DNA of 63,947 bases, the filler included, from Octopus bimaculoides (Eukaryota): NCBI RefSeq assembly GCF_001194135.2. It is 11 parts of 11 records of this genome, joined end to end, with 100 filler letters (N's around TTAATTAATTAA, not from the genome) between each part and the next. Parts side by side here need not be neighbours in the genome. Positions count along the whole stretch, not along the records: positions 1 to 27,035 come from NC_068990.1; 10 more parts are not named here. The stretch is one strand, 5' to 3'. Position 1 is the stretch's first letter; each line of letters begins with the position of its first letter. The translations under genes and the position numbers were made by a program. Shown here in pieces: positions 1-12,256 of this stretch. The notes beneath the pieces were generated by a model. That model saw only the letters and a program-made list of their open reading frames with translations, was not told the origin of the DNA and made no database searches.

Positions 1-71
1 ATATATATATGTATATGTATATATATATGTATGTATGTATGTATGTATATGTATATGTATGGATATGTATA

Positions 72-281
72 TATAATTATAATTAAGGGTATATAAAAGA
101 TTTTCTAGCCTATATGCTGAAAATAGACGCTAAATCGTCTCACCACTTTAAATATATTTCTATGTTTTTATGGCTTCGTGCTTGATTTCCTGTGGGAATG
201 TATAAATATCTCAGTTATTTCCTGCATGTATTCTCTACTCATGAGGAAAAGGTATTGGGCAAATCCTTAATTATAATTATA
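72..281. repeat. Short element bounded by a 17-bp inverted repeat (TATAATTATAATTAAGG ... CCTTAATTATAATTATA)
   Basis: Arms at 72-88 and 265-281 are reverse complements. The ATAATTAAGG core recurs at 58972-59010 (ATAATTAAGAG variant at 57663-57760). Confidence 0.45.
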
Positions 282-664
282 CATATGATTTCATCTTGGT
301 TTCAGCTTTGTTTCAGCTGGGGGGCGCTTTCCAGAAACAAGTTCGCTATATATTATCTGCCTAAGGATTCTCGAATCATTTATCTATACAAGTCTTCCAA
401 TCCAACGTAAACAGTCCTTGCGCCCATTCGCCAGCACAGCTCCCTTCATGACCTGTGTCTGGAGTCCAGTTACCAATCAAAATGTGCCTCATATATCTCT
501 AATGAAAGCGTTCGAGGGCCCTTATATCATGCCTATAAAAGGACCGTGTCTCTCTTGAATGAAGGGCAACGTCACCAAACACGCACGATTCACACCAACA
601 TTTGTCCGCCTTCCGATGCCATGTTGGGATCCGACACAAGGTTCAAGGCTTCAGAAAGCAACTG

Positions 665-703
<39 letters not shown>

Positions 704-1545
704 NNNNNNNNNNNNNNNNNNNNNNNNNNNNNNNNNNNNNNNNNNNNNNNNNNNNNNNNNNNNNNNNNNNNNNNNNNNNNNNNNNNNNNNNNNNNNNNNN
801 NNNNNNNNNNNNNNNNNNNNNNNNNNNNNNNNNNNNNNNNNNNNNNNNNNNNNNNNNNNNNNNNNNNNNNNNNNNNNNNNNNNNNNNNNNNNNNNNNNNN
901 NNNNNNNNNNNNNNNNNNNNNNNNNNNNNNNNNNNNNNNNNNNNNNNNNNNNNNNNNNNNNNNNNNNNNNNNNNNNNNNNNNNNNNNNNNNNNNNNNNNN
1001 NNNNNNNNNNNNNNNNNNNNNNNNNNNNNNNNNNNNNNNNNNNNNNNNNNNNNNNNNNNNNNNNNNNNNNNNNNNNNNNNNNNNNNNNNNNNNNNNNNNN
1101 NNNNNNNNNNNNNNNNNNNNNNNNNNNNNNNNNNNNNNNNNNNNNNNNNNNNNNNNNNNNNNNNNNNNNNNNNNNNNNNNNNNNNNNNNNNNNNNNNNNN
1201 NNNNNNNNNNNNNNNNNNNNNNNNNNNNNNNNNNNNNNNNNNNNNNNNNNNNNNNNNNNNNNNNNNNNNNNNNNNNNNNNNNNNNNNNNNNNNNNNNNNN
1301 NNNNNNNNNNNNNNNNNNNNNNNNNNNNNNNNNNNNNNNNNNNNNNNNNNNNNNNNNNNNNNNNNNNNNNNNNNNNNNNNNNNNNNNNNNNNNNNNNNNN
1401 NNNNNNNNNNNNNNNNNNNNNNNNNNNNNNNNNNNNNNNNNNNNNNNNNNNNNNNNNNNNNNNNNNNNNNNNNNNNNNNNNNNNNNNNNNNNNNNNNNNN
1501 NNNNNNNNNNNNNNNNNNNNNNNNNNNNNNNNNNNNNNNNNNNNN
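704..1545. other. Assembly gap flanked by (TA)n microsatellite (one example of many)
   Basis: N-run bordered by (TA)n on both sides. Most other gaps in the window are likewise bordered by simple repeats such as (TA)n, (CT)n, (AAT)n or (TATG)n. Confidence 0.95.
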
Positions 1546-3002
1546 TATATATATATATATATGCAAGCATGCATATGTAGATTTACACAACCACTAATGT
1601 CTGCGTCAGTGTATGCATTCATATGTGCATGGGTGCATATATGCATCTGTATGCGAATGCGTATATATAAGCATCCGAATAAGCATGGTTATATATTTGC
1701 ACTCACATATGCTCACAGACTAACGTATGAATACACGTATGTGAATTCGTGTGTGTATATGTGTATGCGTCTATATGCACACAAGTAGTTATACATATAT
1801 ACATACCTATAAGCATGCATAAGTATACATACATGCACCCATATACACTAGTACATACATATTGGTCTAAAATCATGTATATATAAACATATACACTGCA
1901 CATACATATATAAATGTGCAAATGTTAATATATATGCAAATTAACACGTGTGTGTGTGTGTATGCATACATTCAGACACACGCGGGCACATACAAAAATT
2001 GCACACACGTTAAGCTCACTCATACACACACACACACACACACATTATTTATGTTCGAGTTTAGGTAATATGCACTTAGAGTAATACCTATTATTTCAGT
2101 AGAGGTTTTAACCGCAGTGTTGGCAAAGCTCGTACTATTACCACAAATATACGCAATCTTCATTAAGATTATGTGTATACGTGTGCCAGATGATTTACAT
2201 ATATATATATATATATNNNNNNNNNNNNNNNNNNNNNNNNNNNNNNNNNNNNNNNNNNNNNNNNNNNNNNNNNNNNNNNNNNNNNNNNNNNNNNNNNNNN
2301 NNNNNNNNNNNNNNNNNNNNNNNNNNNNNNNNNNNNNNNNNNNNNNNNNNNNNNNNNNNNNNNNNNNNNNNNNNNNNNNNNNNNNNNNNNNNNNNNNNNN
2401 NNNNNNNNNNNNNNNNNNNNNNNNNNNNNNNNNNNNNNNNNNNNNNNNNNNNNNNNNNNNNNNNNNNNNNNNNNNNNNNNNNNNNNNNNNNNNNNNNNNN
2501 NNNNNNNNNNNNNNNNNNNNNNNNNNNNNNNNNNNNNNNNNNNNNNNNNNNNNNNNNNNNNNNNNNNNNNNNNNNNNNNNNNNNNNNNNNNNNNNNNNNN
2601 NNNNNNNNNNNNNNNNNNNNNNNNNNNNNNNNNNNNNNNNNNNNNNNNNNNNNNNNNNNNNNNNNNNNNNNNNNNNNNNNNNNNNNNNNNNNNNNNNNNN
2701 NNNNNNNNNNNNNNNNNNNNNNNNNNNNNNNNNNNNNNNNNNNNNNNNNNNNNNNNNNNNNNNNNNNNNNNNNNNNNNNNNNNNNNNNNNNNNNNNNNNN
2801 NNNNNNNNNNNNNNNNNNNNNNNNNNNNNNNNNNNNNNNNNNNNNNNNNNNNNNNNNNNNNNNNNNNNNNNNNNNNNNNNNNNNNNNNNNNNNNNNNNNN
2901 NNNNNNNNNNNNNNNNNNNNNNNNNNNNNNNNNNNNNNNNNNNNNNNNNNNNNNNNNNNNNNNNNNNNNNNNNNNNNNNNNNNNNNNNNNNNNNNNNNNN
3001 NN

Positions 3003-3034
<32 letters not shown>

Positions 3035-3058
3035 CATATCCAACCACAAATATTCACG

Positions 3059-3098
<40 letters not shown>

Positions 3099-3756
3099 TA
3101 AACAAACAATTTGCATGTGTGTGTGTACATGTGCTCTTGCACCCATATGTAGCATGCTTCTCTCCATCGGTTTTCCAACCTAATATTCCTCCCTATTGTT
3201 TTTATCTTCCTCTTTCTCCCTTACTTTACTTCTTCCTTCTTTTTCTCTTCTTCCTTCGTTTCTTCTTTTACTTATTTTCTTTCTCTTTTGTTTTTTTTTT
3301 CTCCGTCTCTTTCCTTTCCTAATCCCAATATCTTGCCTCTCTTAATTATCTCTATCAGTCTCACCTTCGTTTATATGTTACTCCGCTCCATCTTTCATCA
3401 TATCGTCTGTTTTCTTCCATTCTTTCATCATATCGTCAATTTTCATTCTTCATTCTTTCATTTGTATTCATTTTCACTGTTCTTTCTTATTCACTTATCT
3501 TTTTTTTTTCCATTCACTTTTCTCCTTCTTTCTATTCCATATTCCCCAGAGTTATTCCCCACAATACACTCGTACATTTGCTTTCTCCCTCTCTTGTCTC
3601 TTTCTCCAGCTTCTCCCCTCATCTGTTACGTGTTTTCGCATTTCTACCATTCTTTCTCGCCATCTATCACCGCTTCGTTATTGTTTTCTTTTTATTTAAT
3701 TTCCCTCCTCAAATCCTCTAACTTCTTTACAACTAACTCAGTCATTTAAATCTTCT

Positions 3757-4173
3757 GTCTCAGAATCGTTAACACACCCGACAAAATGCTTCGCGGCATA
3801 TCTTCTCGCTTATGTTCTGAGTTTAAATCCCGCTCAAGTCACCTTTGTCTTCTGTCCTTTAGGTGTCGATAAAATAAGTACTAACTGAACAAAGGGATCG
3901 ATATAGTCGACTAGCTCCATCCAAAATTTCAGGCCTTTTGCCTGTAGTGGAATGGGGTGTTATTATCATTGTTGGCAGAATCGTTAGCAAGCCGGAACAA
4001 AAATACCTAGCGGCATTTTGTCGTTCTGAGTTCAAATTCCGCAGAGGTCGACTTTGTCTTTTATTCCTTCGGTGTCGAGAAATTAAGTACCAGTGAAACA
4101 CCGGGGTCGATATGATCGACTGGTCCCTTTCTCCAAAATTTCACGCCTTCTGCTTTTAGTAGAAAGGATCATT
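3757..4173 (+). mobile_element. Tandem pair of tRNA-derived SINEs (family A, octopus OK/OR-like)
   Basis: Two consecutive copies with an A-box-like TGGCAGAATCGTTAGC, a B-box-like GAGTTCAAATTCC and a body GGTCGACTTTG..TTT..TCCTTCGG.GTCGA.AAATTAAGTACC. Confidence 0.8.
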
Positions 4174-4545
4174 GCTGTTTAACCCTAGTTCAGCTGTCGT
4201 GGACAAAACCTACAACATAAACATTCGAGTGTTGTTTTTGTTTAAATATTCAAATTTTCAATGTGATTTCATGCTTCATGCCAAAATGACATGATTTAAG
4301 AAGAATTTGTTTTCTATCTCTAGCAGATCGGGTTACCGTGAAAATACTCCCCACACTCTTTTCATTCAGTCATCTTCTTTTTTTTTTTTTTTTTCTCATT
4401 AAAGAACCTAATTTTATTCTATTTCTGTTCTGCTTTAATTCAATTATTCTATTGTTCCTTCTGAGATTTTCCCCAATTTTCAGTCTTTTTCATTCAATTT
4501 CCTATCATCGTTATTTGTTATCTCTACTTCATCTTATACTTATTC

Positions 4546-4576
<31 letters not shown>

Positions 4577-4585
4577 TATATAGAA

Positions 4586-4622
<37 letters not shown>

Positions 4623-4632
4623 TACGTATATA

Positions 4633-5027
4633 TGGTAAAGTAGTGATAGCCAATATGGTCGTGGTATAAACAGTTGGTTAGCCTAAAGCATAAAAAGAAA
4701 TAACACGAAATAAATAACTGCTATAATGTGGGCCCTCGTCCATTTGTATGTTATTGTCGGCACTGTAATATTCTTGTCGCCACTATTATTCCGCGTCTTA
4801 TTATCTTTGACTCGTCTATCGTGCAATCGCTGACAGCACCACAAGACAATGACGTTTAAACGTCTCCTATGACGGCAACTCGAACATATCACATAACTAA
4901 CACTGTCTCCAACTGAGAACTCGTACGACTCTTCTACTCCTGACCTTCTACGACTGATTGTCTGATTTTATAATGACTAGATCACACCATTTTGTCACGT
5001 AGGAAAGGGAGTACCATTTTCAATACA
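4633..5027 (-). mobile_element. Putative 3' LTR of the gypsy element
   Basis: On the minus strand a purine-rich tract (..AAAGAAAAAAATATATCGGGAGA) is followed by TGTATTG at 5027, and the segment ends ..CTTTACCA at 4633. No 5' LTR survives to confirm it. Confidence 0.45.
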
Positions 5028-5514
5028 TCTCCCGATATATTTTTTTCTTTGGGAAGCAAGTAATTTTATTTTTCAATTTCTTTACCCTCTTCCTTTTTTA
5101 ACGTTTTTTCCCCAACTTAATATTTTACTTTATGGTGTCTATTTGTAGGAACTCTGTGTTCTTTTTTCTTCCACATGTATGCGTGGGTTCAACCACCTGT
5201 ACCGGTGTTGGTACCTGGAATGTGTTATACACAGCCATTTCATAGGTTGTTCTAATCTGTCTGATTCATTTTCTATAAATCAATTGGTTTCTGTCTCTTT
5301 TTTCAATACCTTTTCTGCTTTTAATTCCGGACATCATTTTTCCTATGTACTTTGTAATTTTGCCTTCTTCCCAGTACTCTTTTCCGTTTTTATACGACCT
5401 CCTGTACACCTTATCACCAATTTTGAAAAAAAAATGGATTGTCTTCCCTGGTACTTTTTATTACCTAGCCAGGTAACAGCTTATCAAAAACTGATTTCAC
5501 CTTACACGCGAACA

Positions 5515-5925
5515 TCAGTTCTGCTGGTGAGCTTCCTGCTGGTATATTGGGGTTCGCGTCACCTTGTATACCCTTAGCAATTGCTGCAGAGTGACTTTGT
5601 CTTTATCTTCCTTGTTTGATTTTCTCAAAGCTCTTTTTAACATGTCCACAAAACGCTCTGCCTGTCTATTGGATCTGGGATGATAAGACGCTATCGTTTT
5701 ATGTTCTACCGTGAACATTTCGCGGAGTTTTCTAAATACACTAGGCACAAATTGTGTTCCATTATCAGATACACTTACGTCTGGGCTGCCAAATCTTGCG
5801 AATAATTCGTGCAAACAATTTATTACCGTTTCGGAAGTTGATCTTTTGCACTTAACAATTTCCGGCCATTTTGTAAAACTGTGAACTACTACTAAGTAGT
5901 AATAACCACTTAACAGACCCCCCAA
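5515..5925 (-). pseudogene. Gypsy integrase core (rve) remnant
   Basis: YLVVVHSFTKWPE..LFARFGSPD..VSDNGTQF..YHPRSNRQAERFVDMLKRAL. Confidence 0.9.
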
Positions 5926-6354
5926 ATCGATATGTAGTCTTGACCATGGACTTTTTACTTCTGGTCAAGGCTCCCATTTTTGAGTAGGCAATTTCGCTGC
6001 TAGAGCACATCCTCAGCACTGACTAGCATATGTTGCCAGTATCATTTGCAACTTCGGATCGAAGTGTGTAAGCGACAAGTCTGGAGTTAACATGCTTTTT
6101 AGTTCCTCAAATGCCATCTGGCATTTTTCTGACCAAAAGCATTTGGTATCCTTTTTTTAACAACTCGTTTAGTGGAGCCCTTGCGTTGTGAATGTTCGGG
6201 ATATATACTTGATAGTTGTTTACCAAGTCTAAAAATTCTTGTAACAATTTGACGTTTGTTGGAGGTGGCATATTCCGTATTGCCGTCGCCCTTGATGGGT
6301 CTGGCCTTCGTACCCTTACTTGACCTCGATATTTGATTTTTTTTCATAAAAAAT

Positions 6355-6720
6355 TCATACTTTTCCTGTTAATCTAAACCCGTATTCATTTATTTTTCCG
6401 AATATTATTTTTATATTTTCGAAGTGTTGCTCCACTGATACGCTCTTTATCAAAATATCATAGAGATAAACTATAGCGAAGTCGCAATCGTTTAACATTG
6501 CGTCCATCACTTTTTGGAATATGGCAATTGACACTTTTACACCAGAAGGAAGCCGTTTCAATTTATACAACCCACGGTGTTTATTGATTGTTAAAAGGTG
6601 TGCGCAATCTTCCTCTACCTGTATCTGCAGATAAGCCTCCGAAAAATCTAACTTTGAGAAAATTTTCATCCATTTAGTTTTGAGAACACTTCTGGGCTGG
6701 TAATGGATAATTCTGTTCAA
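6355..6720 (-). pseudogene. Gypsy reverse transcriptase remnant
   Basis: IFSKLDFSEAYLQI, LYKLKRLPSGVK, AIFQKVMD, VYLYDILI (decayed YLDD). Confidence 0.9.
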
Positions 6721-6895
6721 CTAAACAGGCATTCCATCCAGTTGAAAAGACTGCATACACCCTTAGTTTTTTTTCTCTTTACATAAACTGTCGGGGCTAC
6801 TCAGTCTGAATGGTCGACTTTTTCAGTTATAGCTAGATTTTCTAATCTTTCTAGCTATTCATTGACTGGTCCAACGCCACAAATGGCACGTTCCG

Positions 6896-7378
6896 TTAGA
6901 GCCTAAAAACAGGTATTGCCTTTTCTTTTACCACGATCCTCGTTTTTGTTTTAGTGCAACAGCCTAGTCCTTCCAAACAAACATTTGGAAACAATTTTTT
7001 AACTTTTTGTTTCAGTTGTTCGACTTCATTCGAACTTTTGGCTGCGCCGACTACATTTTCACAGAGAACACTGATAGGGGTATCCCACATTTTGAATAAC
7101 TCCATACATTTTCTGCTAAATAGATTTCGTGGTTTTTTCAACACATAAATGATTCTCGTTTTAATTTCACCTCGAAAAGTTACATTGCAAATACATTCGC
7201 CGATGAAATATTTCTTTCCAGTTACACCAGTTGCCACTTTATTTGATTTAAATAATTTCGGCTTACCGATTTGCCTCCATGTTTTTACATTTATGATAGT
7301 GATGTCACTCACCACGTCTAATTGCATTTTGACACTAGCGGTTTCGATTCTCACTTTGACGAATCGTTGTACAAACAT
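6896..7378 (-). pseudogene. Gypsy aspartic protease and linker remnant
   Basis: VKMQLDVVSDITII (decayed DTGSD) followed by ..KAIPVFR, the usual lead-in to RT. Confidence 0.8.
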
Positions 7379-7910
7379 TTTTCTCTTATGACAAACTATT
7401 TATTCTTCTCGTTTGGTCCAATTTTTTGTTATCTTAGTTTAGCAGGGCGATTTAATGTCCTGTATTCCTACAACGAAAGCATTTTGCTATTTTAAACGGA
7501 CACTCTTTTCTCAGGTGCCTACCACCGTATGCCGTACATGGGTTTATCAACTATTGTATAACGTGTTGTTTGTGAAACACTTTATTCGTCTTCCGACTTT
7601 TCCATACTGATTTTATTTGTAAACAGTCTCTGCGTTGGATTTCTTCTGTATCGTGCCTTACTTTTAATATCATATTGCATTCTTCTGTCAGTTTCTGGAG
7701 AGCTATATCCTTGTTCACTTCCAGCTTTGCGAGAATCTTTCGTTCTGACTTCCGCGTCTTTTTTAGCAGTAAGTTCCTGAGTAAAAATCAAGCACTTGAA
7801 CGAGTTTGGAGTTTGCTTATCCAGTTTAACTCTCTCGTTGTCTCTGTTCTCTCTACCCGCATATGTGGTAAAGTCTTCGTCATTGCTTTTTTCACTGTTC
7901 GTTTACATCG

Positions 7911-8031
7911 ACTTATTTTATTGACCACGAAAGGATAAAAGGCAAAGTCGACCGCGGTGGAATTTGAACTTCGAACGTAGAAAAACACTAGTAAGCATTT
8001 TGGCCGGTGCGCTAGCGATTCTGCTAGCTTG
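7911..8031 (-). mobile_element. SINE family A, partial; sits at the point where gypsy gag is truncated
   Basis: Reverse complement of ..GCAGAATCGCTAGC..GTTCAAATTCCACCGCGGTCGACTTTGCCTTTTATCCTTTCG. Confidence 0.75.
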
Positions 8032-8695
8032 CAGTTTTAATAATTGGCAATATATATTGAAATACTGACGTTATTATAATTCCTCATTAAAAGAAATATT
8101 TAAAGATATATTCAAAAAGTTAGTACTTGGTTACAAACACTATAGAAGATAGAAAATGTTTTCTTTCATAATTTCGCGTTTATACTTGTAAATATTCAGG
8201 TATTGCTCTGTGAATCGGACCGTCAGTTTTCATAAAATCTGAAATATATTCAAACATTATTTAAATTAACGGTTTGATGTATAAAGCATAAAATCTGAAT
8301 ATTTTAGAAATATAAGTAAATCAAAACGTGAGACATGATTTTTAAATGTGCAACTTTAATAATGACACCAAACCAAATATATATTCTTTGTCTCATTCTT
8401 TCTCTCCTCTTTCCTCTCTCTCTCTCTCTCTCTCTCGTTCCATTTCTCCAACCCCTTGTCTCTCTCCATTTCTCCAACCCCCTTCTCTCTCCCCATTCTC
8501 CTCCCACTCTCTTTCCTTCATACACAAACACCTGCAAACACACACACACACACACACATATAAATGTCGATTAGGCATAGCGATACTAATAAATTCATGT
8601 TAGAACGCAATGTATATATGCTTCAGTAAAAAGCGGTTGTCTAGTACAGAGCGTAATAAACAATTAAATAGACGACACGGAAATAAGAAATTTTG

Positions 8696-9047
8696 TAATG
8701 TAATTCATTAACTTACAGCAGTTTCTGCTATAAGATCATATTCACTCGTGGTTGAGTACGTGTGTATCACCCAATAGCCTCGTCTGAGCTTTGAAAATGA
8801 AGTGTAATTTTATTTGGGAAGACGTTTATATACATCTCCATCGAAAAAGGCATATATTATATATTTCATATTCTTTATATCTTTTTATATTCTTTCGATG
8901 GTAATGCTTTCCATATATGTAAACGCTTTCCCAAATGAAATTGCACTTGTTAAGCTCCGACTAAGTTATAAGGTGATACACAAGCGCTCAGCTAAGAATG
9001 CACTGCATTTTATAGCAGAAACACTTGTAAGCTAATGAGATTCATTA
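8696..9047. mobile_element. Old MITE-like element with imperfect terminal inverted repeats of about 39 bp
   Basis: TAATGTAATTCATTAACTTACAGCAGTTTCTGCTATAA (from 8696) versus TTATAGCAGAAACACTTGTAAGCTAATGAGATTCATTA (to 9047). Confidence 0.4.
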
Positions 9048-9110
9048 AATAATGTCTAGTTCCCTTTGTTATTTATTTAATTGTATATATCTATTATCTT
9101 TTATCTTTTG

Positions 9111-9505
9111 TCTTTCATTTGTTTCAGTCATTAAACTGCGGCCATGCTGGGGCACCGCCTTGAAGACCATTTAATCGAATGAATCGACCCCAGTATTTAT
9201 TTTTTTGATAAACCTGGTACTTACTATTCTATTTTTGAGACGATGAATTATGTAGAATTATTTAGAATGGAAGGATATAAGTGATATCATCTTGTTGTTA
9301 TCACAACGTTTCGGCTGATGTACTCTCCAGCCTTCATCAGGTGTTCTGGTAGAATTTCGAACGCAAGCCTTTATTTCACTAATAGAGTACACTGTTCTCA
9401 TTCCAAAGGTATGTTGCTGATGTTATTTTTATGTTGATATTATTTTTCAAGTCCCTGCCTGGGATTTTGCTGACTATATATATATATATATATACACACA
9501 CACAT

Positions 9506-9565
<60 letters not shown>

Positions 9566-9712
9566 GATGAGCTTCTTTCAGTTTCCGTCTGTCAAATCCA
9601 GTCACAAGACTAGGATCGGTCGAGAGCTATAGTAAAAGACACTAGCCCAAGGCGGCACGCAGTGGGACTGAATGCGAGATTATGTGGTTGGGAAGCAAAC
9701 TTCTTACCACAT
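9111..9712 (-). mobile_element. SINE family B (OR2/CORE-like, with internal microsatellite), interrupted by a Penelope-like fragment
   Basis: 5' half at 9566-9712 (GTGGTAAGAAGTTTGCTTCCCAACC..CCTTGGGCTAGTGTCTT..GGAAACTGAAAGAAGC); 3' half at 9111-9230 (..CAAGGCGGTGCCCCAGCATGGCCGCAGT..TGACTGAAAC). Foreign sequence and (CA/TA)n lie between them. Confidence 0.7.
9300..9347 (-). ncRNA. Degenerate minimal type I hammerhead-ribozyme motif
   Basis: Minus strand CAC-CUGAUGA-A-GGCUG(GAGAGUACAU)CAGCC-GAAAC-GUU-GUG: intact core, 5-bp stem II, palindromic AACGUU, but only a 3-bp stem I. Confidence 0.5.
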
Positions 9713-9715
9713 ACC

Positions 9716-9780
<65 letters not shown>

Positions 9781-10118
9781 GAGACCCCCCCCTTCGGTCA
9801 CGAATGACCATAAGATTGCACCTAGAAAGTTACCCTCCAAGGCACAAGTCCGAGCAAAGTTGTTTATGGAAGACCAGCAGTCGCCCATGCATGCCAGCCT
9901 TCCCTCTCCATGCCACCGATGTTATCCAAGGGAAAGGCAAAGGGGCCGATACAGCTTAGCACCTGTGACGCAGCCACTCATTTCTACAGGTAAGTAAACT
10001 GGAGCAACGTGAAATAAAGTGTCTTGTTCAAGAACACAACACGCATCCCGGTCCGGAATTCGAACTCATAACCTCACAGTCGTAAGTTCGACGTAAGTAA
10101 CCACTGAGCCATGCGCCT
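9781..10118 (-). mobile_element. SINE family C (tRNA head, central conserved domain, LINE-like tail)
   Basis: GGCGCATGGCTCAGTGG..GAGTTCGAATTCCGGACC..GTGTTGTGTTCTTGAACAAGACACTTTATTTCACGTTGCTCCAG. Confidence 0.8.
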
Positions 10119-10119
10119 T

Positions 10120-10152
<33 letters not shown>

Positions 10153-10789
10153 ACACACACACACATACATACAAACACACACATATTTATATACATATAT
10201 ATATACATACATACATACTCATAGATAGATAGATAGATAGATAGATTATTTATTAAAAGGGCACAACACATGTCTTTAAGTGCTACTAATAGTTTCATAT
10301 TTTGAGAAATACTCAAACATATTTTTCTGGCGCAAACCACAAATCATAACGAACTAAAAAAAAATTGAATTGAAGATACTTGAAATAAACTGAGAAGGCA
10401 GCATATAGAAAACACCTCTTCATGACTGACTTGTTATATCTTTCCAGCCTTATAATTCAAGGTCTAATGAGGATAGAGCTCTTCTTTCTTTTTACTTTTT
10501 ACTTTTTACATTTTAGTTTTTGTGTTTTTTTTCTTTTTACCTTTTTCCGTTCTTTACTTTCTGTGTATACTTTATGCTGCTCTCTCAGTTCTGTTTTTTC
10601 TTCTTTTTTTTCGCGTTTCTTCTATTATTCATTTTTTTCTATTTCGCTATGATGAGTGGTTTGTGCCTGTAGAATATGTTTGAGTATTTCTCATCATATG
10701 AAACTATTAGTAGCACTTATAGACATATGTTGTGCTCTTTAAATAAATAATATCTATCTCTCACCAGATGGAGTACATTTTTTGCTGAA

Positions 10790-11292
10790 GAGATGAGAGT
10801 TGTAACTATACTAACAAGTAAAGTTAGCCGCCACATCAAAGTGGTTGTTCCATGTTACTAGTAGTTTAACCCCAGGCAGATCTTCCGCCATGTTGTTATC
10901 GATGCATCACTGCCCTCAGTATATATATATATATTGCTAGCAGGGAAGCGAACCGCCACCATCCTCCAGTAGACGACAGGACCGTGAGGCTCACTCCGTT
11001 CCGAGCTAGTTTGCTCATCTTCAGTCGAGAACACCTGGTCGCCAGAGAGATGGTCGGAATTCATCCAGCTAGTAATATAATGTAAACAAAGCGAACATCG
11101 GTCACTGATTTGCGGCAGGCAAAGTAGTTAGTTGTAAAATTTCAAGAAGAGATGAGAGTAATAACTATACTAACAAGTAAAGTTAATCGCCACAGGGTGC
11201 AGAACTGCACCGATAACCAACTGGTGGAAGATCTGCCCGGGGTTAAACTAGTAGTAACATGGAATAGCCGCTTTGATGTGACGATTAACCTA
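10790..11292. mobile_element. Penelope-like direct plus inverted repeat module
   Basis: Direct repeat at about 10790-10833 and 11150-11193; inverted repeat at about 10824-10890 and 11221-11288; decayed hammerhead core on the minus strand at about 10990-11030. Confidence 0.5.
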
Positions 11293-11390
11293 CATTTTTT
11301 CAGTCTACGGAGAAATGGCTAAAATTTGCCTTGTTTATAATTATACCAAATGTCACACACGCACACACACACACACACACGCACACACAC

Positions 11391-11440
<50 letters not shown>

Positions 11441-11463
11441 TTTTACATGGCAAAGTTTGACTG

Positions 11464-12070
11464 TCACTAAGCGTTTCGGTTTCCTCCCCTTCATCAGATT
11501 GTGATTTATATAGCTTTTTCTATGTTGATTTTTGGTTGATGGAGTAATGTGAATGATAATTAGGTATAGAGAAATTAGACAGGGGAAATCGTTATGTAGT
11601 AAGAGAGGAAACAGAGATGAATAAAAGGAAATTCTTTGCAGGGTGAGAGATAATCGGAATGTATGAAGAGATTTATTTTGGTTTGATATTGGAATTTTGC
11701 TACTGTTTAGAGTTCAGTCAGGAGTGAACAGGGTGTCATTTTCAGTTTATGATATCGTTTGTATATAACGTTGGTGTTGTACTATTTTAGTGTTCACAAA
11801 AGAATGTTTATATAAAATAGAGTTGATTATACTGCGAAGGTCAGAGTTTACGTTGGTGTAATTAAGGTTTTTATCACGAAATGTTAAGCTTGATATTCTA
11901 GGATAGTTTGGCTTGAGAAGATTATATTACTATAAATATTTGATAGGGTTTTCTAATCTATTCCTTGTTCGGCTATTTATATCTATATCGTATGATTGTA
12001 GACAAATCCATACTTGTAACTGCATGCCGTTATCTATAAGCCTAGATAAACGCATAAGGATGAAGCATTT
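11464..12070 (-). mobile_element. Possible Penelope-like 3' fragment ending in a hammerhead-like motif
   Basis: Minus strand CUGAUGA-A-GG(GGAGGAAA)CC-GAAAC-GC at about 11470-11497. The upstream AT-rich sequence has no recognisable domain. Confidence 0.3.
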
Positions 12071-12203
12071 TTTCAAGGATATATGCAAATATAATGAGAT
12101 ATAGATGTATAATCGATATATAAATATAAAATATATAAGTATATCCACACATATGCACACCTCTGTACATATATATGTACGTATGTATGCATATGTATAT
12201 GGA

Positions 12204-12256
<53 letters not shown>

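Larger units (their letters stand above)
5028..7910 (-). mobile_element. Decayed Ty3/gypsy LTR retrotransposon (Mag/K02A2.6-like): gag-PR-RT-(RNase H deleted)-IN
   Basis: Gag EDFTTYAGR..FKCLIF with zinc knuckles CxxCGGRH/CFRCRNTGH (about 7450-7900); protease MQLDVVSDITII; RT FSKLDFSEAYLQI..RLPSGVK..VYLYDILI; integrase PWSRLHID..SDNGTQF..YHPRSNRQAERFV. Multiple stops and frameshifts. Confidence 0.92.

Noticed and set aside
236-266. Hammerhead at CUCAUGA-GGA..UCC
   Set aside because: The core has G5 changed and no GAAA or cleavage triplet follows; it is cut by the terminal repeat.
559-3322. Long ORFs of 300-490 aa in the track here and at 12-13, 14.5-15, 18, 21-23, 32-33, 37-38, 40 and 46-50 kb
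   Set aside because: They consist of X from gaps plus YIYI, CVCV, SLSL or NNNN from microsatellites; no coding signal.
8707-8730. AG|CAGAAACTGCT|GTAAGT as a microexon
   Set aside because: It lies in one arm of an imperfect inverted repeat mirrored at 9009-9047, so it is repeat-derived, and it is not a multiple of 3.
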